From assembly GCA_963827655.1 (NCBI GenBank), contig CAWHCF010000019.1, positions 23,298 to 87,297 on the forward strand: DNA of 64,000 nt, written 5' to 3'. Positions 28,689-39,068 of the stretch are shown one piece after another (position 1 is the first letter of the stretch; every line of letters begins with the position of its first letter). The position numbers and the translations under genes were made by a program. The stretch comes from an uncultured Acidobacteriota bacterium. GTDB taxonomy: Bacteria; Acidobacteriota; UBA6911. Below the pieces are notes generated by a model. The model saw only the letters and a program-made list of their open reading frames with translations. It was not told where the DNA came from and ran no database searches.

Positions 28689-30365
28689 GTGATGGCCGTC
28701 CAGGAAAACCGCTACGTACGCGTCGTCAATGCTTCCCGCTCGATTCTCGTCCTGGGCGCGACGGTCGGCCTTGGCAGTTTCGCCTACTACAAAGCGCTGG
28801 GGTTGACTACCGCCCACTACGACGCCAAAGCTCACCTGGTGGTGGCGCGCCGGATCGTCGATTCACTCGAACCGGGGTACCTGCAGATGGGCATCCACTG
28901 GCTGCCACTCATCCACCTGCTCTACTTGCCGCTGGTACGCAGCGACAGCCAGTACCATTCCGCGTTCCTGCCAAGTCTGATCTCCGTCACTGCATTTGCT
29001 CTTTCGGGTTGGCTGGTCTTTCGGATTTCCCGCCGTTCGACCGGCTCAACCGCGGCCGGCGTCTTCGCCAGCCTTCTGTTGCTGGGGAACGCCAATCTCC
29101 AGTACCTGCAAAGCTGCCCGTTGACGGAGCCGCTTTACATGATGCTGCTTCTGCTTGCCGTGGATGCGTTGACGCAATGGCGGGACGGTGAGAAACGGTC
29201 TCCTCCCTGGATGGTCGGGCTTTGGACAGCGCTAGGCGCTCTGTGCCGCTATGAAGGATGGCTGTTCGCTGCCGGAGTGATCCTGATTCTGGCCTTCGAC
29301 TTCTGGACCGGTCAAACTCGCCGTGCCCAAGCAGCGAAATCAATGGCGTCAGTCGCCGTCTGTTTTGCCCTGCCGGTCCTGGTTCACTTCGCCTACCTTT
29401 ATTCCCGCGTGGGCGACAGTTTCGTCCACAGGGTTGCTCGCGGAAATCCGGCTCCGTATGAAACGTTCCACCGCCCCTTTTTGTCACTGGCCTATCACCT
29501 GGGAGAACTCGGTCAGATTGCGGCTATTCTTCCGCTGTTGCTCGGGCTTGCCGGACTCGCCTGGTCACTGCGACCAGGCGGCCGGGCGGTCCGGCTCGCG
29601 CCGCTCTATTTGCTCTGGATTCCCTCGCTGGTCAACATCGCGGCCTTTTACTGGGGAATGCTCTATCGAGTCCGCTATTCCATTTTGCTTGTGCCGGCCA
29701 TTGCCATATTCGGCAGTCTCCTGCTGGTTTCTCCCGCCGCGCTCCGCAGAACCTTCACGCTCGCGTGCGTAGCTGCCATGGCGCTTCCCTGGATCTCGTG
29801 GTATTTCCCGCGAGAATGGAAATACCACCTGGTCTCCCCGGGGCCGGGCATTTTGATTGTTCCAGCGGTGGCCTTGATCTGCCTGCTTGCGTCTCGCGCC
29901 GGGGCAGGGGAGCGCTGGCCTTTTCTGGCCCTCTGTCTTCTCGCAATGCAGGTACCGGCGCTGTCAGGAGAGGATCGGCCGATTATTTCCGAGACGCTCG
30001 AACATAGATTCCTCGACCAGGAGAGAGAGGCGGTCTTGAGCCATCTCCAGTCCCGGTATGACGGCACACGCATCCTGATCGACATGGAGAAATCAGCGCC
30101 TCTGGTCTACGATTCGCGTCTTCCAGTGAAGGAATTCATCTACAGCGAAGGCGGCGGCTCCTATTGGCGGCAGGCCCTTGATTCGCCTTCGCGCATAGCC
30201 GGCTGGGTATGCGCTCAGAAAGGGGATGTGGTGTGGCATCGCCTCCAGGTTGACCCTCGGTGGGTCGACGGGTATTCTCTTGCAGTGAAAACGGAAACCT
30301 TTCTTTTATACCGGTTGCGAGCGGAAGCCCGGGAGACGTTGCTTCCGCCCAGGCGATCAGAGTGA
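28689..30365 (+). CDS. Polytopic membrane glycosyltransferase (GT-C/PMT-like)
   Basis: 'YDAKAHL..ARR', 'WLPL.HLL', 'TEPL', 'RYEGW'; many TM segments. Confidence 0.7.
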   Translation: MMAVQENRYVRVVNASRSILVLGATVGLGSFAYYKALGLTTAHYDAKAHLVVARRIVDSLEPGYLQMGIHWLPLIHLLYLPLVRSDSQYHSAFLPSLISVTAFALSGWLVFRISRRSTGSTAAGVFASLLLLGNANLQYLQSCPLTEPLYMMLLLLAVDALTQWRDGEKRSPPWMVGLWTALGALCRYEGWLFAAGVILILAFDFWTGQTRRAQAAKSMASVAVCFALPVLVHFAYLYSRVGDSFVHRVARGNPAPYETFHRPFLSLAYHLGELGQIAAILPLLLGLAGLAWSLRPGGRAVRLAPLYLLWIPSLVNIAAFYWGMLYRVRYSILLVPAIAIFGSLLLVSPAALRRTFTLACVAAMALPWISWYFPREWKYHLVSPGPGILIVPAVALICLLASRAGAGERWPFLALCLLAMQVPALSGEDRPIISETLEHRFLDQEREAVLSHLQSRYDGTRILIDMEKSAPLVYDSRLPVKEFIYSEGGGSYWRQALDSPSRIAGWVCAQKGDVVWHRLQVDPRWVDGYSLAVKTETFLLYRLRAEARETLLPPRRSE

Positions 30366-31105
30366 AATCCGAAAAGTCGGGCTCGAGTGCTCAACGGAAG
30401 TTCGATTTCTCTCCTCCTCATCCCCGTCCGTTTCTGACCAACCTGCCCGCTCGCATCGACAGCTACGAGGAGGGAATCGCGCAGCTTTTCCAGTGGAGAA
30501 CCGGCCTCGACTACTACGCCTCGATCGATCAGATTGTAAATTTCGTAATCAACACCCGGCGGCTGAAGGTAGTAGACCTGTTGACTGATACCGGTACGTT
30601 CGCGCTGAAGTTAATCGGGCAGAGGACATTTGTCGGCCGCGTCTATTCATTCGACCCTAATATCACCCTTCTCGAACGGGCGAAGCAGAGGGCGCGGTAC
30701 TTGAGGATTGAACAGGCCATTGATTTCAGGCACTCTGAACCGACCCGGCTTCCTATTCCTGATGGATTTGCTGAAGTCGCGGTCTCAATCTTTGACTTCC
30801 ATCGGCATGCGGCCGAGCAATTCCTGGCCGAGGCTGCGCGCATCATCGCGCCGGAAGGCCACCTGATTCTGGCTGAAGTATTGGAACCAAACTCCACCGT
30901 GAACCGGTGGATCTGGGGTTGGAAGAAGCTGCACCTGAAGTACATCCAGAAGAATCCTGCCGAGGCGTTGGGCTTGTATTACGATCGCGAAGAAATCATC
31001 CGGCTCCTCTTTGCCGCAGGATTCCGGCAGGTCATCATCCAGGGGCTGGCAAGTCCCCGGTCGCCTCACAGGGGTGTCTTCAGCCTGGTTGCCGCTACAA
31101 AGTAA
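30362..31105 (+). CDS. Methyltransferase-fold protein
   Basis: Degenerate SAM motif 'VVDLLTDTG', 'RIIAPEGHLILAE'; GTG start overlaps upstream stop. Confidence 0.65.
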   Translation: MKSEKSGSSAQRKFDFSPPHPRPFLTNLPARIDSYEEGIAQLFQWRTGLDYYASIDQIVNFVINTRRLKVVDLLTDTGTFALKLIGQRTFVGRVYSFDPNITLLERAKQRARYLRIEQAIDFRHSEPTRLPIPDGFAEVAVSIFDFHRHAAEQFLAEAARIIAPEGHLILAEVLEPNSTVNRWIWGWKKLHLKYIQKNPAEALGLYYDREEIIRLLFAAGFRQVIIQGLASPRSPHRGVFSLVAATK

Positions 31106-31170
31106 GAGGAAATTCTCTTACACTAACCCATCCGTGAGGACTGGGCGATTCAGACTGGCGAGGCTTTGAC

Positions 31171-32118
31171 GTGGCTCAGTGGATCAATGGAAGCGAATTG
31201 GCGAAGCAGATCCAGGCAGAGGTTGCCGTGGAGGTGCGCAGACTGAAGGCGAACGGTGTCCACCCGGCTCTGGCGGTCGTCCTGGTCGGTGATAATCCTG
31301 CGTCTCAAGTCTATGTTCGCGGAAAAGCAAGAACCTGCCTGGAGCTGGGCATGCATTCCGAAAAGATAGAGCTGCCCGGTACTTCGACAACGGATGAGAT
31401 CCTGGCGGTCGTGGAAGGGCTGAATCGCCGCGGCGATATTCATGGCATCCTGGTGCAGGTGCCCCTTCCGCCCCAGGTCGCAGCCAGGCGCGTTTTAGAG
31501 TCCATTGTCCCGGAAAAGGACGTCGACGGGTTTCATCCTTTCAACGTCGGCCGCCTGGTTGCCGGAAACGCCGTGTTGAAACCATGCACGCCCTCAGGGA
31601 TCATGGAAATATTCAAGCGTTGCCAGATTCTTCTCCGCGGCCGGCGAGCGGTGGTGATCGGCCGCAGCGATATTGTGGGAAAGCCCCTCTCGTTGATGCT
31701 CCTTCATGAAGACGCGACCGTCACCGTGTGCCACTCCAAGACCCAAGATCTGGCCGGCGTCGCGCGCGAAGCGGATATTCTGGTTGCGGCCATGGGAAGA
31801 CCCGCCTTTGTAGATGACCAATACGTCAAGCCCGGAGCCGTTGTGATCGACGTCGGAGTCAATCGAGTCGAATCGCCGGCCGCCATCCGTGAAATCTTCG
31901 GAGAGGATCCTCAAAAACTCGCGGCTCACACCAAACGAGGCTACGCCCTCGTCGGCGATGTTCATCCTGCAAAGGTTTTCCCCAAGGCATCCTATCTTAC
32001 TCCGGTTCCTGGAGGCGTCGGACCTCTGACTGTTTCAATGCTGATGGGTAACACGGTTCGGGCGGCCGCCTCATTGACGAACGTGCCGGTTTTCTCCGGA
32101 CCAGGAGAATCAAAATGA
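31171..32118 (+). CDS. folD: Methylenetetrahydrofolate dehydrogenase/cyclohydrolase
   Basis: 'KDVDG', 'PCTP', 'GRSDIVGKP', 'TPVPGGVGP'. Confidence 0.96.
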   Translation: MAQWINGSELAKQIQAEVAVEVRRLKANGVHPALAVVLVGDNPASQVYVRGKARTCLELGMHSEKIELPGTSTTDEILAVVEGLNRRGDIHGILVQVPLPPQVAARRVLESIVPEKDVDGFHPFNVGRLVAGNAVLKPCTPSGIMEIFKRCQILLRGRRAVVIGRSDIVGKPLSLMLLHEDATVTVCHSKTQDLAGVAREADILVAAMGRPAFVDDQYVKPGAVVIDVGVNRVESPAAIREIFGEDPQKLAAHTKRGYALVGDVHPAKVFPKASYLTPVPGGVGPLTVSMLMGNTVRAAASLTNVPVFSGPGESK

Positions 32119-33089
32119 GAATACGAACACTCTCCGCCATTGCAGTTTGTCTCTTGCTCAGCCTCACGGCCTGGGGGAAGACTTCCCGCATCAAAAACGT
32201 CGGCGAGTACCCCAATTTCCTTGCTCTCAGCCCGGACGGCAGGATTGCCTATGTGACCTCGTTTGGAACCAGCGAGGTGCTTGCGGTCGATCTCGCCCAG
32301 AAGGCGGTGACGAAAAGCGCAGTCGTCGGAACGTCTCCCCTGGGCATCTCAGTGACGAGTGACGGAAAACTGGCAGTTATCGCATGCAAGGATTCCGGTA
32401 CCGTGTCTTTCCTGAACCTGGACACTTTTCGTGTGGAGGCCGACATAAACACGAGTGGCGCGCCGAACGCCGTCGCCATCGACCCGAAGGGTTACCGCGC
32501 CTTCGTAACTAATTTCGGTAGAAGCAAGGAAGGCAATCTGCACATCGTGGACATTCGACAACGAAGCGTGGAGGCCAACGTGACGATGGGAATGGCGCCG
32601 ATCGCCGTTGCGGTTTCGCCGGTCACTGATTTGGTCTATGTCGTCAATGGCGGGTCCAACGAAGTCTGGGTGGTGAATCCGGAGAAGAAAGCGGTAACCA
32701 CCAAGATCACGGTTGGCGAGGCCCCTGATGGAATCGCCATTACGCCCGACGGTAATCGCATCTTCGTCAGCAACAGCCGCTCGAACGATGTTTCCGTGAT
32801 CGATACTCAACTGGGAAAGGTAGTCGTCACAATACCGGTGGGCAAGAGACCCTTCGGAATAACCGTGAGTCCGGATGGCAAGCGCGTCTTCGTGGTTAAC
32901 ACAGAGTCTCGCACGGTCTCGATCCTTCCGGCGGATCTTACCAGCCTCCAGGCGCAGTCCTTCAATGTGGAAAAGGGACCGGTCGATATCGAGGTAGCGC
33001 CCGACAATCGGACGGTGCTGGTTGTGAACGAACAATCCCATTCGCTCACCGTTGCCGACATGCCTCAAACAGCAGGCGGTAAGCAGTAA
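32115..33089 (+). CDS. YncE/YVTN beta-propeller protein
   Basis: Signal peptide; repeated 'VG..P.GIA.TPDG..VFV.N' blades. Confidence 0.85.
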   Translation: MRIRTLSAIAVCLLLSLTAWGKTSRIKNVGEYPNFLALSPDGRIAYVTSFGTSEVLAVDLAQKAVTKSAVVGTSPLGISVTSDGKLAVIACKDSGTVSFLNLDTFRVEADINTSGAPNAVAIDPKGYRAFVTNFGRSKEGNLHIVDIRQRSVEANVTMGMAPIAVAVSPVTDLVYVVNGGSNEVWVVNPEKKAVTTKITVGEAPDGIAITPDGNRIFVSNSRSNDVSVIDTQLGKVVVTIPVGKRPFGITVSPDGKRVFVVNTESRTVSILPADLTSLQAQSFNVEKGPVDIEVAPDNRTVLVVNEQSHSLTVADMPQTAGGKQ

Positions 33090-33109
33090 GCAGAATCAAC
33101 TGCTTACTG
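33072..33109. repeat. GCAGTAR heptamer hairpin between convergent genes
   Basis: gcggtaagcagtaagcag-aatcaa-ctgcttactg; contains both stop codons. Confidence 0.75.
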
Positions 33110-34051
33110 TTCTTGAACAAACCAGTCGACGAATCTACGGATTCCCGTTCTGAATCCGGTCGTTGGCTGATACCCGAGGATACGGGTGGCGCGGCTGACG
33201 TCCGCAAAAGTTATCGACATGTCACCCGGCTGCGGAGGTAAGAATTTCAGCCGGGCTTTCTTCTGCAGGGCATTCTCGAGTTCGGAAACAACTTCGAGCA
33301 GCGTGACCGTCTGCGATTCTCCCAGATTGAGGATCTCGAAAGCAGGATTGAGCCGGAGGGCGGCCACGATTCCGGAAACAATGTCATCGACATACGTATA
33401 GTCCCTGCGCGTGCCGCCGTCGCCAAAAACGGGGACCTCTTTGTCCTCCCAGATCAATCGAGCGAACTTATGAATTGCCATTTCGGGCCGCTGGCGCGGC
33501 CCATAGACGGTGAAAAAGCGAAGACAGGTGAACCTCATGGCATAGTTGTGCGCGTACGTGCGGCAGAGCAGCTCTCCGGCCCGCTTGGTCGCAGCATAGG
33601 GAGATACTGGCGTGTCCACGGGATCGTCTTCAGTGAACGGAACTCGTGAGCTCGACCCGTAGACCGAGGACGAGGAGCCGAAGATGAAGTTCTGAACTTC
33701 GAATTCCCGGGCAAGCTCCAGGATGTTTACGGTGCCGGTTACATTCACATCAGTGTAGATTCTTGGGTTTTCGAGCGAAGGCCGAACTCCGGCCCAGGCC
33801 GCAAGGTGAACAATGGCCTCGGGCCGGCTCTCTTTGACCGCGGCGCGCAGGTTATTCCAATCCAGAAGATCGACTTCATGCACCGCCGCCGGGCCTGATC
33901 TCTGAAGGTCGCGCACGTTGCGGCGTTTCAGATCGGGGTTGTAAAAGTGGTTGAAGTTATCGAGCAGGGCGATTTCATGCTTGAGCTTCTGGAGTCTTGA
34001 CGCCAGGTGATACCCTATGAACCCGGCCCCGCCGGTAATTAACACCCGCAT
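33104..34051 (-). CDS. NAD-dependent epimerase (UDP-glucuronate 4-epimerase-like)
   Basis: 'TGGAGFIG', 'HLAAWAGVRPS', 'YAATK', 'RFFTVYGP'. Confidence 0.9.
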   Translation of the reverse strand: MRVLITGGAGFIGYHLASRLQKLKHEIALLDNFNHFYNPDLKRRNVRDLQRSGPAAVHEVDLLDWNNLRAAVKESRPEAIVHLAAWAGVRPSLENPRIYTDVNVTGTVNILELAREFEVQNFIFGSSSSVYGSSSRVPFTEDDPVDTPVSPYAATKRAGELLCRTYAHNYAMRFTCLRFFTVYGPRQRPEMAIHKFARLIWEDKEVPVFGDGGTRRDYTYVDDIVSGIVAALRLNPAFEILNLGESQTVTLLEVVSELENALQKKARLKFLPPQPGDMSITFADVSRATRILGYQPTTGFRTGIRRFVDWFVQEQ

Positions 34052-34191
34052 TAGAATGTATCCTCTCTGTATGTGAAGAAACCGCTCGCCGCGTTAAACC
34101 CAAGGGAAAAACCGGAAGTTTCATCGGCTGCGCCAAAGTTCAGAGCCTCTGAATCCTCCTGGCGAAAAACAGGTATGTTATCATCCGGCGC

Positions 34192-34821
34192 ATGCTGCGC
34201 GTCGGATTAACCGGCAATATTGCGTCCGGAAAAAGTCACGCTACGCAAGTCTTCGCCGAGCTCGGGGCCTACATAATTGATGCGGATGTGATTGCCCACG
34301 GGTTGCTGGCGCCCGGCACGAGTACCTACGACGGAGTGGTTGCGGCATTTGGAGGTCAGATCCTTAACCCGGATGCAACCATCAATCGTCGAAAGTTGGG
34401 CGAGATAGTTTTTCAGGACGAGGCGAAAAGAGCTGAACTGAATAGCCTGGTGCATCCGGAGGTACGTGCCCAGGTCGTCCGCCGCATCGGGGAACTGGAA
34501 GACTCCGCGCAAAATGGCATCATCATCATAGACGCAGCCCTTATGGTGGAGTCGGGGTTTTTCCGCACTTTCGATCGCCTCATCGTGGTCCACTGCAGCC
34601 CCAGTTTGCAGCTATCCCGGATTGTGAACCGCGACGGCCTGACGCCCGCCCAGGCTCGCGCGCGCATGGCTGCGCAGATGCCCGTGGAGGAGAAGATCAA
34701 ACATGCCCACTACACCATAGAGACCTCCGGTACGTTTCGACAGACTCGCGAGCAAATCGAGTCCATCTACCGGGACCTGCTATTGCTGAACCTGAAGACA
34801 AGGAAACCGGGTGATCCGTAG
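34192..34821 (+). CDS. coaE: Dephospho-CoA kinase
   Basis: 'GLTGNIASGKS', 'IDAD', 'LNSLVHP'. Confidence 0.95.
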   Translation: MLRVGLTGNIASGKSHATQVFAELGAYIIDADVIAHGLLAPGTSTYDGVVAAFGGQILNPDATINRRKLGEIVFQDEAKRAELNSLVHPEVRAQVVRRIGELEDSAQNGIIIIDAALMVESGFFRTFDRLIVVHCSPSLQLSRIVNRDGLTPAQARARMAAQMPVEEKIKHAHYTIETSGTFRQTREQIESIYRDLLLLNLKTRKPGDP

Positions 34822-34982
34822 GGGCAAAAATCTCCTTGCGATGCCTTAGCGTCTTCGAGTCTTGGCGGTAAACGTACGCCATTGGTTGACATTCTGCGAA
34901 GCGGTATGTTACTAGAAAGCTTTCCTAAGCCTACGGTTCAGGGTTTAGATCACCTCACCAGTTTTGCAGCAAACTATAAACT

Positions 34983-37040
34983 ATGCTGACCTATGTTTGG
35001 TTAATTCCTATCCTCCCGCTGGCAGGAGCGGCCCTCGGCGGTTTGCTAGGGCTGATCCATCTCCGAAGAACAGGACAGCGACTGGCCAAGCCGATCGTCT
35101 CTGCCATCGCTTTAGCCTCCGTCGGCCTGGCCTTCCTCCTGTCGGCGATTGTCGTCTTCCAGCTTTTCTGGGTAGAGCATAAAGAGATCTACATCACGGA
35201 TCTTTTCACCTGGCTTGATGCCGGCTCGGTTCGCCTGGCCGATGGCAGTCTCGCTTCGTTCGAGATCCCCTGGGGATTCCAGCTGGATCCTCTCTCCGCC
35301 GTCATGATTCTGGTGGTGACCGGAGTCGGGTTTCTGATCCACGTTTACTCGACGGGATACATGGCGGACGATCCCGGATACTACCGCTTCTTTGCCTACC
35401 TCAATCTCTTCATGTTCGCCATGCTGACGCTGGTTCTGGCGAACAACTTCGTTTTAATGTTTGTCGGGTGGGAAGGGGTCGGACTCTGTTCTTATCTCTT
35501 GATAGGGTTTTATCTGGACCGAAAGAGCGCAGGCGACGCCGGCAAAAAGGCCTTCGTCGTGAACAGGATCGGTGACGCCGGATTTATCCTCGGCATGATC
35601 CTTATCTTCGTCCACTTCGGGTCACTGAGCTATGAAGAAGTCTTCAACAAAGCGGCCGCTTTGCCGGTAGAGGGGGAGCCCGGCTTCATCTTCTGGGCGA
35701 CGGTCTGTCTCTTTATCGGCGCCGCGGGGAAGAGCGCCCAGATTCCGTTGTACGTCTGGCTTCCCGATGCAATGGAGGGCCCCACCCCTGTCAGCGCGTT
35801 GATTCACGCCGCCACCATGGTGACGGCGGGAGTGTACATGGTATGCCGCTGCAACGCCCTCTTCAGCCGCTCGCCCGACGCAATGCTGATCGTGGCGACC
35901 GTGGGAGCGGCTACCGCCCTGTTTGCCGCCACGATCGGGTTCGCTCAGACCGACATCAAACGGGTCCTGGCCTACTCAACCGTGAGCCAGCTGGGTTACA
36001 TGATGGCCGCCCTGGGAGCGGGAGCCTTCATCGCCGGCGTTTTCCACCTGATGACCCACGCATTCTTCAAGGCGCTCCTCTTCCTCGGATCGGGCTCGGT
36101 AATCCTGGCCATGCACCATGAACAGGACATGACCAGAATGGGGGGACTTCGCAAGTACCTCCCGTGGACATATCGCACCATGCTTGTCGGCACTCTGGCC
36201 ATTGCTGGAGTTCCAGGGCTGGCCGGTTTTTTCAGCAAGGACGAGATCCTCTGGAAAGTCTGGAGCAACGGCCATCCTGTTATCTGGTTTGTACTCTGGC
36301 TGGGAGCCGGCATGACGGCGTTCTACATGTTTCGCCTCATCTTCCTGACCTTCTGGGGCCAGGAAAGGATGAGCGAACACACCAAGCATCATATACACGA
36401 GTCACCCAACAGTATCGTTCTGCCTTTGATCATTCTGGCCGTCCTCTCGATTGTCGGGGGATGGATCGGACTGCCTGCGTGGTTGGGAACAAACTATTTC
36501 GACCGATTCCTGGAACCTGTGCTCCGGATACCCGAAGGAGCTTTGCACCACGAGGCGGCGCATTCCGTCGCTCAGGAGGTGCTGTTCACCGCCCTGTCGG
36601 TCGGGATTGCCGGCTTAGGAATCTTCCTCGCGTACCGCTTTTATGTCGTCGATCCGGAAGCCCCGTCGCGGATAACCGCGCGCATCAGGGGACTCTACAA
36701 TCTTGTGTATCGGAAGTATTACGTGGATGAAATCTATGACGCCCTCTTTGTGAATCGCACCAAGGATCTGGCAAACGTTTGCGCCTTCGTGGACTCCACG
36801 TTTGTGGACGGCGCCGTGAATGCCACAGCCGCGCTGACGCGCCTGACTGCGACGTTGTCGAGGATTTTCGACACCTATGTGGTCGACGGTCTGGTCAACT
36901 TGATCGGCTGGATCAACATGGTTTTGAATCGAGTTTTAACCTCTCTTCAGACCGGGCTCATCCAGCGCTACGCACTGGGAGCGGTCTTTGGGATTGTTTT
37001 CTTTATTCTGATTTACTTCCGCTTTCTGGTTGTGTCTTGA
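34983..37040 (+). CDS. nuoL: NADH-quinone oxidoreductase subunit L
   Basis: 'GWEGVG', 'GKSAQIPL..WLPDAMEGPTPVSALIHAATMV'. Confidence 0.96.
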   Translation: MLTYVWLIPILPLAGAALGGLLGLIHLRRTGQRLAKPIVSAIALASVGLAFLLSAIVVFQLFWVEHKEIYITDLFTWLDAGSVRLADGSLASFEIPWGFQLDPLSAVMILVVTGVGFLIHVYSTGYMADDPGYYRFFAYLNLFMFAMLTLVLANNFVLMFVGWEGVGLCSYLLIGFYLDRKSAGDAGKKAFVVNRIGDAGFILGMILIFVHFGSLSYEEVFNKAAALPVEGEPGFIFWATVCLFIGAAGKSAQIPLYVWLPDAMEGPTPVSALIHAATMVTAGVYMVCRCNALFSRSPDAMLIVATVGAATALFAATIGFAQTDIKRVLAYSTVSQLGYMMAALGAGAFIAGVFHLMTHAFFKALLFLGSGSVILAMHHEQDMTRMGGLRKYLPWTYRTMLVGTLAIAGVPGLAGFFSKDEILWKVWSNGHPVIWFVLWLGAGMTAFYMFRLIFLTFWGQERMSEHTKHHIHESPNSIVLPLIILAVLSIVGGWIGLPAWLGTNYFDRFLEPVLRIPEGALHHEAAHSVAQEVLFTALSVGIAGLGIFLAYRFYVVDPEAPSRITARIRGLYNLVYRKYYVDEIYDALFVNRTKDLANVCAFVDSTFVDGAVNATAALTRLTATLSRIFDTYVVDGLVNLIGWINMVLNRVLTSLQTGLIQRYALGAVFGIVFFILIYFRFLVVS

Positions 37041-37096
37041 GACGCCGCGGCGGGACGGACCGTGGCACGCCAGATTCGAATCCGGGGAGTTAGTCT

Positions 37097-38692
37097 ATGG
37101 ATTTCTTCATGGCCAACATACTGAACATCGTCTGCTACTTCCCCCTGGTGGGGATGGTGGCGATCATGTTCATAAGGCGCGAAAACGAGGCTGCGATCAA
37201 GTGGGTGGCCAACATAACGGGCTTGATCGGCTTCCTGATTTCGATTCCCCTGATTACTTCTTTCAACGATCCGCGCTACATCGATCAATCGACTAATTTT
37301 CGATTTGTTTTCGAGCGCGAGTGGATCCAGCTGATAGGCGCGAAGTACAAATTCGGCATCGACGGGATAAGCCTTCTGCTGGTGCTGCTCACCACGCTTC
37401 TGGGCTCTATCGCCATTCTTTCCTCGTGGAATGCGATCACCGAGCGGTTGAAGGAGTACTACGCTTTCATTCTGCTGCTGCAGACCGGGATGCTGGGTGT
37501 CTTCCTGGCGCTCGACTTTCTGGTCTTTTACGTATTCTGGGAAATCATGCTGGTTCCCATGTATTTCCTGATCGGCGTCTGGGGAGGACCGAGAAAGTTA
37601 TATGCGGCCATAAAATTCTTTCTCTATACCCTGGCGGGCTCAGTGCTGATGCTGGTCGGGATGCTGGCCATTTACTTCTATCAATACAACACCACCGGAG
37701 TTTATTCGTTTGACATTCTGGCGTTTCAAAAACTCGGGTTTCCCCAGACGATCCAGTACTGGGTTTTTCTGGCGTTCTTTGTCGGATTCGCGATCAAGGT
37801 TCCAATGTTTCCCTTCCATACCTGGCTGCCGGATGCCCACGTCGAGGCTCCGACTGCCGGCTCGGTGATTCTCGCCGGCGTTCTCCTGAAAATGGGGACC
37901 TACGGCTTCGTCCGATTCAGCCTGCCCATGTTCCCCTGGGCCACGATGCACTTTCTCCAGCCGATGCTCATCCTGTCGTTAATAGGGATCATCTATGGCG
38001 CTCTCGTGGCGATGATGCAGAAGGACATGAAGTCGCTGGTGGCTTATTCGTCGGTGAGCCACCTTGGATTCGTGATGCTCGGGGTGTTTGCGGCCACTCC
38101 TGTAGCCCTCCAGGGCGGCGTCCTTCAAATGATCAACCACGGTATCTCAACCGGGGCGCTGTTCCTGATCGTGGGAGTCATATACGAGCGCCGCCATACC
38201 CGATTGATCTCGGAATATGGCGGGTTGAGTCACATCATGCCCGTCTATGCCACGGTGTTTCTCATCATGACCCTGAGCTCCATAGGGATGCCTGGCCTGA
38301 ACGGGTTCATTGGTGAATTCTTCATCCTGCAAGGAACTTTCGCGGCGCCCGGCCTGTGGATCTACGCCGCCATTGCGGTGGTGGGCATCGTTCTGGGCGC
38401 CGCCTACATGCTGTGGCTCTACCAGCGAGTGATGTTCGGGAAACTCGAGAATCCTCTCAACCAGAGCCTCCCCGACTTGAACTGGCGGGAGATGGTAACC
38501 TTCGTCCCGCTGATCATCCTGGCATTCTGGATTGGAATCTACCCGTCCTACTTCACAAAGTTCCTGGATCAGCCGGTCAATGCTATCGTGGAGCGCGTGA
38601 GGACGGATTACTTCAAAGCAGGGCGCGCACAGAATCTTCCGCTCCTCCCTGTACAGGGCCAACAACAGCAAGCAGTAGGCGGTAGGCAGTAA
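37097..38692 (+). CDS. nuoM: NADH-quinone oxidoreductase subunit M
   Basis: 'FWE', 'KVPMFPFHTWLPDAHVEAPT', 'LKMGTYG'. Confidence 0.96.
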   Translation: MDFFMANILNIVCYFPLVGMVAIMFIRRENEAAIKWVANITGLIGFLISIPLITSFNDPRYIDQSTNFRFVFEREWIQLIGAKYKFGIDGISLLLVLLTTLLGSIAILSSWNAITERLKEYYAFILLLQTGMLGVFLALDFLVFYVFWEIMLVPMYFLIGVWGGPRKLYAAIKFFLYTLAGSVLMLVGMLAIYFYQYNTTGVYSFDILAFQKLGFPQTIQYWVFLAFFVGFAIKVPMFPFHTWLPDAHVEAPTAGSVILAGVLLKMGTYGFVRFSLPMFPWATMHFLQPMLILSLIGIIYGALVAMMQKDMKSLVAYSSVSHLGFVMLGVFAATPVALQGGVLQMINHGISTGALFLIVGVIYERRHTRLISEYGGLSHIMPVYATVFLIMTLSSIGMPGLNGFIGEFFILQGTFAAPGLWIYAAIAVVGIVLGAAYMLWLYQRVMFGKLENPLNQSLPDLNWREMVTFVPLIILAFWIGIYPSYFTKFLDQPVNAIVERVRTDYFKAGRAQNLPLLPVQGQQQQAVGGRQ

Positions 38693-38727
38693 GCAGAGGG
38701 TGCCTGCTTACTGCTGCCTACTGCCTA
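38672..38727. repeat. GCAGTAR heptamer hairpin overlapping nuoM stop (possible terminator)
   Basis: gcagtaggcggtaggcagtaagcag ... ctgcttactgctgcctactgccta. Confidence 0.8.
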
Positions 38728-39068
38728 TTCCGACAGGCGGCGATCCTCAATTGCTTCCGGGCATTCCCCTCCGCGACGAAGCGTCGGGCGATTCCTCTTC
38801 TCCTGGCGAGTTTCCTTGTCGAGCTTCTGGAATCGATCCTTGATTTGGTGAAATTCCGTCGAATCGACCTTCATGCAATGTTCAATTCGAGGGTGAATGA
38901 AGATGTCCCTGAAGGAGCACCTGGAGCACTCTGCCCAGGGCTTCATGAGAGAATTGGCTGAAACCGCAATGGCAGGCAGGTAGCCCGCCTTTCACGGTGA
39001 GGGCGCTTTTGTAGGTGTAGGGAAAAAGAAGGTTTTATATTTGCCGGTCCGATCGCACAAGGACCATT

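Noticed and set aside
38725-38946. 73-aa ORF after nuoM
   Set aside because: No recognisable motif or clear RBS; cannot support it as a gene.
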